Shown here piece after piece: positions 29,092 to 38,335 of a stretch of DNA of 64,000 bases (position 1 is the first letter of the stretch; the number at the start of each line of letters is the position of its first letter). This stretch comes from Candidatus Bathyarchaeota archaeon. Lineage in GTDB: Archaea > Thermoproteota > Bathyarchaeia > Bathyarchaeales > Bathycorpusculaceae. The stretch lies in the NCBI GenBank assembly GCA_963826715.1, contig CAWGYA010000008.1, positions 256,001 through 320,000 on the forward strand, given 5' to 3'. The notes beneath the pieces were generated by a model that did not search any database, had not been told where the DNA came from, and worked only from the letters and a program-made list of their open reading frames with translations. A program made the translations under genes and the position numbers.

Positions 29092-29459
29092 AGGTTAAGC
29101 ATTACAGAACAAAGTGTATATAAATTATTATAACAGCAACAAAGCATTTACAGCCTTGCGATGTCAAGTTTATTTTTAAAAAATGGGTTTCAGCGGATGG
29201 ATTCCCCTTGTTTTATAGCGAACAAAATCGAACTACGTAGGGGCGAGTTTTCGGCTATTTTGGGCTTGTTTTAGATGGAAAAAATGCGGCGGGCATCACT
29301 TATCATCCAATAAGTAACTCAAAAGAGATGTTTATCAGGACAAAAACTTAGCTGTATTAGCCGATAAAACTTTTAACTTCCCTACCGAAAACAAGGCTAT
29401 AAAGGCAAAGATTAGTACTTTTAGAACTAAAAAAGGATTAAAAAGGGATAGGATTAAAA

Positions 29460-30947
29460 TTACATTAAATGCCTTCGCCAATGGTCTTTAAGTTTCATAT
29501 TTTTGCGTTTATCTGGATGTAATAAGTATTCTTTCCATTGGCTAAGTGTATCTGGGTTGAATAGTATCTTATGTTCTTCAATTGTCTCCCAGATTGCTCT
29601 ACAAGTTTGAGGGTCATCTTCTATTTCTTTATCTGATGCTTGTTTGTCAGTATCGGAATCATAACCATAATCAAAATAGACCTCATTCATGTCTTCTTCA
29701 TATTGCCATTTTTCTGCCTGATAACTCATGAAGTCATCAATTTTCTTATTGGTTTCTTCGAGTTGCTTTTGTTGTTCAGCTATGATTTTGATATTTTCAA
29801 GTTTTCCTTTTTCGGTCTCTGCTTTCTGTTCGTTTAGTTCTGCTTTTAAGTCTGCTACTGTTTCAGGGACTAGGTAAGGAATGCATGACCTGAAAACCTC
29901 TAATTGGTCAGTGTTTGGTCTATCTTCATCATCGTCTAAACCTTCATAAACTGCCTCAATTCCATCAGGCGTATGAGACGTTAATGGTTTAGTTAGGTTG
30001 GAAGTAATTTTGATTTTGTCTCTAAGAACTGTGCTGATAACATCTCTAAAGTCTTGTGGGCTATAGCGTTTTTCGCCTTTGAATGCTTTTTCTGATGCAT
30101 CAACAAAAATGGAAAAAATGTTAGTTAGTGTACCGCCTTTCTTACTGCCTACTTTTGTTGATTTATAACTCATGAATAATGGTGAATTGTTGTTATATGC
30201 TATGCCTTTTTCGTTTAGTTCTGCTTTGTACGCTTCGAATTTCTGGTTTGCATAGTAGTGCAAGAATCCGACATGTTTAGCTTTTCTATATTTGCCTTTG
30301 CCGCTACCTTTTAACCGTTTAGCTTCTACTCTTAACCAGAAAGAAACGTCTTTATCGTCAAGCGGTTTCAAATCTCCAATCTTTAATTGTCTAAGTGTGC
30401 CTTTGCGTACAGGACAAGATTCTAAGAACCAAACCAAAAACTTGTCTCGATTGGTAGTCATAGCCTCTTCAAGCTTAAGGCAATCTTCAACTTTTGGCGT
30501 TCTCTTTTTAGGGTCTGGTTTATCGAGAAAATCCCCTACATCGGAATCTAGGCTTCTCTTTCTATTAGATTTATAAAAGCTTTTGACAGCCGCAAGCACT
30601 CCAATCTTTGAGTCAATTGTAAATTCCCTCTCTTCTTTTTCGCCATTTTCATCTATGCCAAAATATGTGTCTTGCCTAAGATATTTCTCTAAAAGTTCTT
30701 CTGCGGCATCTTCATTAATTGAATCTGCATTTACGCCTTTTTGGAGCATAACCGCAAATTCCAATTGAGTTGGCTTTAGCTTAATTAGCTCATCTGGAGT
30801 CATGCATACATTATCGCAATAGGTTTTGATTCTGCTAATGTAAATTGTTTCTGTATCCTTGCTGTCTTTGCATTTCTTATCATAGAAATTTTGTCCAGAA
30901 ACGAAAGATAATAGCCATGCCTTGTTAGAGTCAGTCATACGGCTCAA
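29460..30947 (-). CDS. Tyrosine recombinase/integrase
   Basis: CPVRKGTLRQLKIGDL (R), KGSGKGK (K), YSPQDFRD (HxxR position), TSHT (H) and AVY (Y). Start at TTG 30947 behind GAGGTGA, or at ATG 30938. Confidence 0.85.
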   Translation of the reverse strand: MSRMTDSNKAWLLSFVSGQNFYDKKCKDSKDTETIYISRIKTYCDNVCMTPDELIKLKPTQLEFAVMLQKGVNADSINEDAAEELLEKYLRQDTYFGIDENGEKEEREFTIDSKIGVLAAVKSFYKSNRKRSLDSDVGDFLDKPDPKKRTPKVEDCLKLEEAMTTNRDKFLVWFLESCPVRKGTLRQLKIGDLKPLDDKDVSFWLRVEAKRLKGSGKGKYRKAKHVGFLHYYANQKFEAYKAELNEKGIAYNNNSPLFMSYKSTKVGSKKGGTLTNIFSIFVDASEKAFKGEKRYSPQDFRDVISTVLRDKIKITSNLTKPLTSHTPDGIEAVYEGLDDDEDRPNTDQLEVFRSCIPYLVPETVADLKAELNEQKAETEKGKLENIKIIAEQQKQLEETNKKIDDFMSYQAEKWQYEEDMNEVYFDYGYDSDTDKQASDKEIEDDPQTCRAIWETIEEHKILFNPDTLSQWKEYLLHPDKRKNMKLKDHWRRHLM

Positions 30948-31056
30948 GAAAATGTCACCTCTGAAAAAGTTAAAGGTTGCTGAATATCGGTTGTTTTTAA
31001 GTGTCTGAAATGGGACACAAGACATGCAGTTCTTAAGTGACTCAATTCGGTAGCTA

Positions 31057-31085
31057 AACAAGCTTTAAATGTACCATTTGATACA
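31057..31085 (+). repeat. attR-like direct repeat, containing the TATA box of the downstream gene
   Basis: AACAAGCTTTAAATGTACCATTTGATACA, 28/29 identical to 20993-21021. Confidence 0.85.
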
Positions 31086-31098
31086 TCAAGAAAACATT

Positions 31099-31677
31099 AT
31101 GACAGTCGCTCAAAACGTCCGCAGTCATCTACGAAACAAACCCTATTTACTCGAAGCCTTAGAGAAAGGCATAGTTAACTTGAGTGAGCTTTCACGGCAA
31201 ATTCAAATAGAACTCAAATCCAGCGATACCAGCGCCATAAAAGCTGCCCTGCGCCGTTACAGCGAAGAACTTCAAAAACACAAACAGAAACGCGAAGAAA
31301 AAGTGTTGGCTCTCCTAAAACGTAGTGGCGTGGCTGTCTATGACCGCAAATCCGTCATGATAACCGCCAAAGAGCTCAGTTCAAAGGCAGGCATGAAGGT
31401 AGATTTGCTTGACAAATTCGTATACCTCACTGATCGAAACGATTTGCCCGAACGTACGCCCTCGTTGGTGAAACATGAGAACTGCACTATGATTGTAATT
31501 CATTCACCTGAGGAACTTGAAGCTACCCCAGGTGTCGTTGCCTTCCTAGCCACTTTATTGGCCGAGCAAAATATCAACATCGTCGAGTTCATTTCATGTT
31601 GGACAGAAACTATCATGGTGGTAGAAAAAAAAGACAGCTTAAAGGCCTACGAGGTTCTCTCAAACTTAGTGGGTTAA
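31099..31677 (+). CDS. ACT-domain putative amino-acid-responsive regulator
   Basis: N-terminal HTH-like VNLSELSRQI...AIKAALRRY; C-terminal ACT TPGVVAFLATLLAEQNINIVEFIS. Start moved to ATG 31099. Confidence 0.75.
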   Translation: MTVAQNVRSHLRNKPYLLEALEKGIVNLSELSRQIQIELKSSDTSAIKAALRRYSEELQKHKQKREEKVLALLKRSGVAVYDRKSVMITAKELSSKAGMKVDLLDKFVYLTDRNDLPERTPSLVKHENCTMIVIHSPEELEATPGVVAFLATLLAEQNINIVEFISCWTETIMVVEKKDSLKAYEVLSNLVG

Positions 31678-31761
31678 CGGATGCTTGTTAAAGGCAAAAT
31701 TAAATAATGTTCAATCCGAATTAAGCCAATTAACCATTTCACATTAGCGGAGACATACAAG

Positions 31762-33012
31762 ATGGTACACCAAGAATGCATAAACTGCAAGACAATTTAT
31801 GGTATTGACGAGATTGTGTACTTCTGCAGAAAATGCGGAGAAATCCTGGAGATAAAGTTCGATGGCGACGAATTATCCGCTGCAGTCCAAGACAGCAATT
31901 GGAAAAGTAAGCCGCTTTCGGTTTGGCGTTATCGCCCTTTTATGCCAATTCATGAAGCCTCTAAGCCTATAACGCTCAGTGAAGGTGGAACTGGGCTGCA
32001 CCGTTCTCAGCGCCTTGGCGACGAGTTGGGGGTAGAAACACTTTATGTGAAGAATGAGGGCGAAAACCCCACTGGCAGTTTTAAAGATCGTGGCATGACC
32101 GTTGGGGTTACCAAAGCTGTCGAGCTTGGCGCTCGTCATGTCATCTGCGCTTCAACCGGTAACACTTCGGCTAGCCTCGCAGCATACGCTGCACGCGCTG
32201 GAATCCGCTGCACAGTCCTGATTCCGTCAGGCAAAATCGCGTATGGCAAACTTAGTCAAGCCATGATACATGGCGCTAAAGTTTTGCAAGTTAGAGGAAA
32301 CTTTGATGAAGCGTTAGATTTTGTTCTGAAACTCGCTGATAAACACAAAGACATTTACTTACTTAACTCGATTAACCCTTTCCGTATTGAAGGTCAAAAG
32401 TCGCTGGGATACGAAATCTGCGAACAATTAAACTATGTGGTTCCGGATCGCATTATTATCCCCGTTGGAAACGCTGGCAACATCAGCGCTGTCTGGAAGG
32501 GCTTGAATGAATTCTATAAATTAGGTTTAATCAAGATGCTACCTAAAATGACGGGTATCCAAGCTGAAGGTTCAGCGCCTATAGTGCAGGCGATTAAAAC
32601 AGGTAGTGACAAAATTGTTCCTGTTGAGCACCCCGAAACTCTTGCGACCGCCATCCGGATTGGTGCGCCTGTAAGCTGGAAGAAAGCGATAAATGCTATC
32701 CGTGAATCCCGTGGTACAGCTGAAACCGTCACGGATCAAGAAATTCTTGATGCACAAAAAACTTTAGCGCGGGTGGAAGGCATTTTTGTGGAACCCGCTT
32801 CGGCTTCATCTATTGCTGGACTTAAGAAGCTCATTAAGAGAGGTGTGATACTTGAGAATGAACGTGTGGTCTGCATCACGACGGGTCATGGTCTCAAAGA
32901 TCCAGATACTGCAATTAAACAGAGTGAGAAGCCTCTTGAGGTAGATGCTGATATCTCAGCGATTGAGGATGCTTTGGGTTTAAAGAAGGAAACGGCAATT
33001 TTAGCACGGTGA
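31762..33012 (+). CDS. thrC: Threonine synthase
   Basis: NPTGSFKDRG, CASTGNTS, PVGNAGN and TGHGLKD motifs. Confidence 0.95.
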   Translation: MVHQECINCKTIYGIDEIVYFCRKCGEILEIKFDGDELSAAVQDSNWKSKPLSVWRYRPFMPIHEASKPITLSEGGTGLHRSQRLGDELGVETLYVKNEGENPTGSFKDRGMTVGVTKAVELGARHVICASTGNTSASLAAYAARAGIRCTVLIPSGKIAYGKLSQAMIHGAKVLQVRGNFDEALDFVLKLADKHKDIYLLNSINPFRIEGQKSLGYEICEQLNYVVPDRIIIPVGNAGNISAVWKGLNEFYKLGLIKMLPKMTGIQAEGSAPIVQAIKTGSDKIVPVEHPETLATAIRIGAPVSWKKAINAIRESRGTAETVTDQEILDAQKTLARVEGIFVEPASASSIAGLKKLIKRGVILENERVVCITTGHGLKDPDTAIKQSEKPLEVDADISAIEDALGLKKETAILAR

Positions 33013-33019
33013 ACATGAA

Positions 33020-34060
33020 ATGAGAATCATCTTAGTTGGATATGGTGTTGTTGGCAAAGGGGTTACGACTATTCTTGCTCGCCGGTACATCGAGGAAGTT
33101 AGGAACTATGGGTTTAATCCCAAAATCGTTGCTATCGCGGATATAGATGGGGCAGTAATCAGCCCCCGTGGTCTCAGCCCTAAGAAGTTGGAGAATCTTA
33201 AAACTACTCGTCCCATTTCCTCTGACCCCGAATTTGGGCACCCGGATATGAAGGCGTTAGATGTCATTGAATCGGTGGAAGCCGAAGTGGTTGTTGAAGT
33301 TACTCCAGTTAACATTCAGAATGCGGAACCTGCGCTCTCGCACATTACCAAGGCATTTAAAACTGGCAAACATGTTGTCACAACTAACAAAGGACCATTG
33401 GCCCTTGCTATGCCAGCCTTAACTGAACTTGCTGAGTATAACAATGTGTATTTGCGTTTCAGTGGTACTGTTGGCGGTGGTACTCCTATGCTTGAATTTG
33501 CTAAACGCTGCTTAGCAGGTGACAGAATTCTTGGGATAAAAGGTATTCTCAATGGTACGACTAATTATGTCCTAACTGAGATGGCTCAGAATCGTGTGTC
33601 TTTCCAAGATGCTTTGTCAAATGCGCAGAAGCTTGGATATGCAGAGAGGGAACCTTCGATGGATATTGATGGTTTTGACACTGCCTGCAAAGTCGTTATC
33701 TTGTCGAATTGGATACTTAACAAGAAAATCACTTTAAAAGATGTGGATCGGACAGGAATTCGCGACGTTACGGTGAAGATGCAGGATGACGCCTCAAAAC
33801 GCGGCAATACTCTCAAACTCATAGGGGCCATAGACGGTGAAAATACCACTGTTAAGCCCACTGAGATTCCTAAAACTGATCCTTTATGTGTCAGTGGAGT
33901 TCTCAATGCCATTACTTTCCAAACTGAGTATGCGGGTGAGCAGACTCTTGTCGGCAGAGGTGCAGGCGGAGTTGAGACTGCAAGTGCAGTTTTAAGGGAC
34001 CTCTTAGACATAAGACATAAGTTAGCAAATAGACTGCTAAATAATAACTCGGAGCTTTAA
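33020..34060 (+). CDS. hom: Homoserine dehydrogenase
   Basis: GYGVVG, HVVTTNKGP, GILNGTTNY and GRGAG motifs. Confidence 0.95.
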   Translation: MRIILVGYGVVGKGVTTILARRYIEEVRNYGFNPKIVAIADIDGAVISPRGLSPKKLENLKTTRPISSDPEFGHPDMKALDVIESVEAEVVVEVTPVNIQNAEPALSHITKAFKTGKHVVTTNKGPLALAMPALTELAEYNNVYLRFSGTVGGGTPMLEFAKRCLAGDRILGIKGILNGTTNYVLTEMAQNRVSFQDALSNAQKLGYAEREPSMDIDGFDTACKVVILSNWILNKKITLKDVDRTGIRDVTVKMQDDASKRGNTLKLIGAIDGENTTVKPTEIPKTDPLCVSGVLNAITFQTEYAGEQTLVGRGAGGVETASAVLRDLLDIRHKLANRLLNNNSEL

Positions 34061-34062
34061 AA

Positions 34063-35472
34063 ATGAAAATCATTATGAAGTTCGGCGGCACTAGCGTCGG
34101 GACAGGCGAAAATATACGCCACGTAGCAGAAGTTGTCATGCAGTATTCAAAACAAGATTACAAGGTAGCGGTGGCGGTTTCTGCATTAGCAGGCGTTACA
34201 AACAGTTTAATTGAAGTAGGCTGCCAAGCTAAGAAAAGCAACGAAAATCAAATCCAAACTTTTACCGCTGATCTGTTAAAGAAGCATATAGAAGCTATAG
34301 AGAGAGCTATTAGCAGCAAAAGTATTCAAAAAGAAGTTACTGACATTACCGAGAAAACCATAATTGAACTTGAAAAAGTCTTAACAGGCATCTGTTATGT
34401 TGGCGAATTAACACCTAAATCTAAAGATTATGTCATGTCGTTTGGTGAGCGGTTGTCTGCACCTATTGTTTGGGGAGCCATAAAAGACCTTAAGGGCAAA
34501 ACTCAATGGTTCACAGGTAAAGACGCTGGGATTGTTACTAATTCAAACTTTGGTGAAGCCGATCCTCTCATGAACTACACCACTCATCTGATCCGTGAAC
34601 GTTTAAGCCCTCTGCTTGAGCAGGGCGTTATCCCTGTTGTCACAGGGTTTATCGCGGCAAATCAAGATGGAATTATTACCACTGTTGGGCGAGGCGGTTC
34701 CGATTATACTGCGACTATCCTTGGTGTGGCTTTGCAGGCGGATGAAGTTTGGATATGGACAGATGTGGACGGCATAATGACCACCGATCCTAAAATCGTT
34801 CCCACTGCCCGCATGCTCTCTCAGTTAAGTTATCAGGAAGCCGCGGAAATGGCGATTTTTGGTGCCAAAGCCATGCATCCTCGAGCTCTTGGACCGGTCA
34901 TAAAGGAAAATATACCTGTACGCATCCGAAACACTGCGCATCCCGAAAATCAAGGTACTCTTATCACTAAAGAACCCAACCCCAATGCTAAAGAAGCTGT
35001 GAAGGCAGTCGCCATGATAAAAGATGTGGCGATGCTTAATGTCTACGGTGCGGCAATGGTTGGAGCACCGGGAAGTTATGCAAAAATATTAGATGTTTTG
35101 GGGAAAAACAACATCAACGTCATGATGGTATCTGCAGCAGTCTCTGAAGCTAACATTTCAATGATAATCAAGCGAGGCCTATTGGGTAGAGCCATTAGCA
35201 ATCTAGAAATTGCTTTGTTGGAACGCGGAGGCATAGTCAATGAAGTCACTGCAGAAGATGATGTCGCTGTAATCGCTGTGATGGGCGCCTATATGAAAGG
35301 TACCTTGGGTGTAGCATCGAAAATCTTTAGCATCGTTGCAAAGAAGGGCATTAACGTCCGGATGATTGCTCAAGGCAGCTCTGAACTTAACATTTCCTTT
35401 GTTGTTAAGGAGAATGATGGGTTCTCAGTTGTGCAGGAGATACACAGAGAATTCAATTTAGACAAAAAATAG
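34063..35472 (+). CDS. lysC: Aspartate kinase (Thr/Met branch)
   Basis: MKFGGTSV and GRGGSDYTA motifs; two ACT domains (AQGSSELNISF). Confidence 0.95.
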   Translation: MKIIMKFGGTSVGTGENIRHVAEVVMQYSKQDYKVAVAVSALAGVTNSLIEVGCQAKKSNENQIQTFTADLLKKHIEAIERAISSKSIQKEVTDITEKTIIELEKVLTGICYVGELTPKSKDYVMSFGERLSAPIVWGAIKDLKGKTQWFTGKDAGIVTNSNFGEADPLMNYTTHLIRERLSPLLEQGVIPVVTGFIAANQDGIITTVGRGGSDYTATILGVALQADEVWIWTDVDGIMTTDPKIVPTARMLSQLSYQEAAEMAIFGAKAMHPRALGPVIKENIPVRIRNTAHPENQGTLITKEPNPNAKEAVKAVAMIKDVAMLNVYGAAMVGAPGSYAKILDVLGKNNINVMMVSAAVSEANISMIIKRGLLGRAISNLEIALLERGGIVNEVTAEDDVAVIAVMGAYMKGTLGVASKIFSIVAKKGINVRMIAQGSSELNISFVVKENDGFSVVQEIHREFNLDKK

Positions 35473-35863
35473 ATTGATCGAGGAGATTACCTCTTCTTCG
35501 CTTTTTACGGTTATTTAGTTTTGGTCCACTTTCCATTTAAGGTGCCAATTTATTCTTTGTTTTGGTCAAAAGTTATTTTTGGACAAACAATAATTTAGCT
35601 AGTAAGAGATTTATTCTTGATTATACAAAGTTTCTATATTATGATTCTATTGTTTAACTTAATGTTCCTCTTGTTATCGCAGGTGCGGCGACTACTCTAA
35701 TTAGGTTGTTGACTTTCTGGATTCAAATTATGGTAGTTTATCCTATATTTCAGTTGACTGGACTTAAGAATGTATTAAGAGGCGGTCTTTCAATGGATGC
35801 CCTTGTTGGTACTCAAGAACCCTAACCGTCAATATCGTTAATATGAAAACACGAGAGAATTAA

Positions 35864-36241
35864 TTGATGATATTTGCCAAAATAGGAGCTGGCTTATACG
35901 TTATTTGGGGACTGCTTCATATTCAAGCAGCGTACGAAGCATTCATTCTCGGAACCACCATTAATCAAGGTATTATTCAAGGAAAAATTTTTCAAGATGC
36001 TTGGAACTTGCTCTTTTTTGCATTGTTTAGTATAGTAATTGCATCCAGATTCAACTGGAAAAACAGTGTTTTGGGGTACTGGCTTAACTTGGCGGTGGTC
36101 AGTATGGCGGATATAGGTTTCGTGGTTTTTGTCCTTATTCCAGGAAATGTGACGTTTTTTCCAGGTGTTTTAGGACCGGTCTTTTGGATCGCTGCAGCGA
36201 TTTTTTCAAGCATTGGTGCTAAAAAAGAGCCGACCAGTTAG
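35864..36241 (+). CDS. Small multi-pass membrane protein
   Basis: About four hydrophobic helices. Confidence 0.7.
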   Translation: MMIFAKIGAGLYVIWGLLHIQAAYEAFILGTTINQGIIQGKIFQDAWNLLFFALFSIVIASRFNWKNSVLGYWLNLAVVSMADIGFVVFVLIPGNVTFFPGVLGPVFWIAAAIFSSIGAKKEPTS

Positions 36242-36416
36242 ATGCTGTTTACGTGGCGGTATTTGGGGTGTGTTAAGTTAGCTGCGATAACCCGAATGTA
36301 AATTGTTTGTGTTTGTAACTATTCGGCTGTTTTTGGTTCTCTTCATATCATCTAATTTTGACTTGGAGATTTAGATTTTTAGGGGGATTTAAGACAAAAG
36401 GTAATTGTGGAATTGA

Positions 36417-36677
36417 TCAGTTCCACGGGAATAATTGAGGATAGAAAATCGTTGAAACAATAAGGACAAGCACAACTATCAAAGCAGCAGTAATAATGAC
36501 TTTTTTTGCGTTAGTTGAAAGCTTAGGGCGGGGCTTTGAGGCGGGAATCTCTACAGTTTGGGAGGGCGCTTGTTGAAATTTAACAGTGGGCGAATTTTGT
36601 CTTGGAATTGCTTTTTGGCAGTATGGACAGAATACTTCTGTGTCTTTGATCTGGCGTTTGCAATAAGGGCAAAACAT
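36417..36677 (-). CDS. Double zinc-ribbon protein with C-terminal TM anchor
   Basis: FCPYC twice; hydrophobic C-terminus. Confidence 0.75.
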   Translation of the reverse strand: MFCPYCKRQIKDTEVFCPYCQKAIPRQNSPTVKFQQAPSQTVEIPASKPRPKLSTNAKKVIITAALIVVLVLIVSTIFYPQLFPWN

Positions 36678-37196
36678 TGTTTTTAGCTCATTCTTTGGCG
36701 TTGGAAGAAGGCAATAAAGCTTGCCTTCTCAAGCTAAAAAGGAGAACAAATCATTAAAAAGTAAAAACTGAGCAAATTTTGATTCTCGCGGGCTTTTCAA
36801 ATTTAAAATTGTATTTTTAGGTAACATATTTCATTTTGTGGAAAGTCAGTTGGCTTGTTAAAACATCAGTTACAAATGGTTTTTGTTGTTTCTTTGATTA
36901 ATAGAAGAAATTTGTCGGTGGGGGGTTGCTTCTTCTTCTTTTGAAATGCTTAAAATTCTGTTGGTTAGTGGAGCATATTGATTTGGCTGTTTGTATATAA
37001 GAAAAGTGATGGCAATTACGATTCGTCGACTTAATATGTGATTTTTTCGCAGGTTTAAATTCTATTGAAGTTTATGAACTGTATCTGCGTTAGAGTGAAT
37101 TGAGTACTTGACTGCTTCAAAAAAAGAAGTAATGTTAATTTTATTGCTTTAGACTAATTCGTGTTAGTGATTAAAAGAAAGGTAGAAAATAGAAGG

Positions 37197-38168
37197 TTAA
37201 AAGCTAGCTCTTTCAGGTATTTCGAGGTTTAGCTGTCGTTTTAGTGCTTTGTATCTGTTTCTAACTGTAACTTCTGTGACTCCAGCAGCTTCCGCGATGT
37301 CTTTTTGCGTAATCTTTTCGTTATTCTGAAGACAAGCAATATAAAGAGACGCAGCTGCCATACCCATCGGGTCCTTGCCAGCTGAAACACGTCTTCTTCT
37401 TGCTTCCTTTAGTATGGCTATGGCTGTCCCCTGTGTTTTGCCTGAAACTCCGTTGTTTCCTGCAATTTTTGATATATATGATAGGGGGTCGGAAACCGGC
37501 ATGTGGAAATCAAGCTCTTGCAGCAGTAGACGATAGCAACGTGCCACATCTTTTTTGTCTACGAGGCTGGCTTCGGTGATTTCTCGGAGCGATCTGGGTA
37601 ATCCGCTTTTGCGGCAAGCAGCATATAAAGAGGCAGCAGCGATGGCAGATATAGATCTCCCGCGGACTAATCCTTTTTCGAGTGCTTTTCTGTAGATGAG
37701 GGCGGCTTTTTCTTTTATTGGGGGTGCAATGTTTATTTTGCCTGATAAACGGTCAAGTTCGCTCATGGCTTGAGCGAGATTTCGGTCTATGGATGAGTGG
37801 ACTCGGCTGCGTATTTGCCATTTCCTAAGACGCCACATCTGAAGGCGTGTAGATAGGGGTAGTTTTCTTCCAAAGGCATCTCTGTCTACTTGGCTGATGG
37901 TTGTGGATAATCCTTTATCATGAACCGAATAAGAAGTAGGCATACCAACACGACTACGAGAAGCCTTCTCCTGCGGAGTAAACGCACGCCACTCCGGAGC
38001 CTTATCCAACATCTGCTCATACAAAACAAGACCACAATCACCACAAATAGTTTCACCAGTATCATAATCATGAACAAGATTGTCACTTGTGCATTCGGGG
38101 CACTTATCGGCTAAGCGAGGATTCGCTTTTGGAGCTTCCTGGGATATTGTCATTTCTTCTTCTTCCAT
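37197..38168 (-). CDS. tfb: Transcription initiation factor IIB
   Basis: CPEC...CGDCG zinc ribbon, PEWRAF, two cyclin repeats and GVTEVTVRNRYK. Confidence 0.96.
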   Translation of the reverse strand: MEEEEMTISQEAPKANPRLADKCPECTSDNLVHDYDTGETICGDCGLVLYEQMLDKAPEWRAFTPQEKASRSRVGMPTSYSVHDKGLSTTISQVDRDAFGRKLPLSTRLQMWRLRKWQIRSRVHSSIDRNLAQAMSELDRLSGKINIAPPIKEKAALIYRKALEKGLVRGRSISAIAAASLYAACRKSGLPRSLREITEASLVDKKDVARCYRLLLQELDFHMPVSDPLSYISKIAGNNGVSGKTQGTAIAILKEARRRRVSAGKDPMGMAAASLYIACLQNNEKITQKDIAEAAGVTEVTVRNRYKALKRQLNLEIPERASF

Positions 38169-38335
38169 TTATTTGCTCAGATCTTCACCAAATATAAAAA
38201 ACCCTGTTGGGTTAATTGATAACATGATCTACGCAGTAGAAATAAAATAAGCCGTAGTTATTATACATGATATATTTTTTTAACAATTATTAGGTTATTC
38301 TGTTGAAGTTATGGCTATTGGATGATTTCTAATTT

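Larger units (their letters stand above)
20993..31085. mobile_element. ~10.06 kb integrative element (plasmid- or provirus-like) with tyrosine integrase
   Basis: Flanking 29-bp direct repeats, integrase next to the right repeat, visibly AT-richer DNA, and RHH, HNH and ATPase genes. It interrupts a run of housekeeping genes. Confidence 0.87.

Noticed and set aside
30948-31061. N-terminal integrase extension reaching into attR, as in split integrases
   Set aside because: A strong GAGGTGA precedes TTG 30947, and I saw no partner fragment at attL.
31069-31098. ORF-track start for the ACT gene
   Set aside because: That ATG overlaps the TATA/operator; ATG 31099 fits the promoter spacing.
35473-37196. 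Long T-rich intergenic stretches as possible ncRNA or tRNA
   Set aside because: No cloverleaf, box C/D pair or GC-rich structure recognisable by eye.
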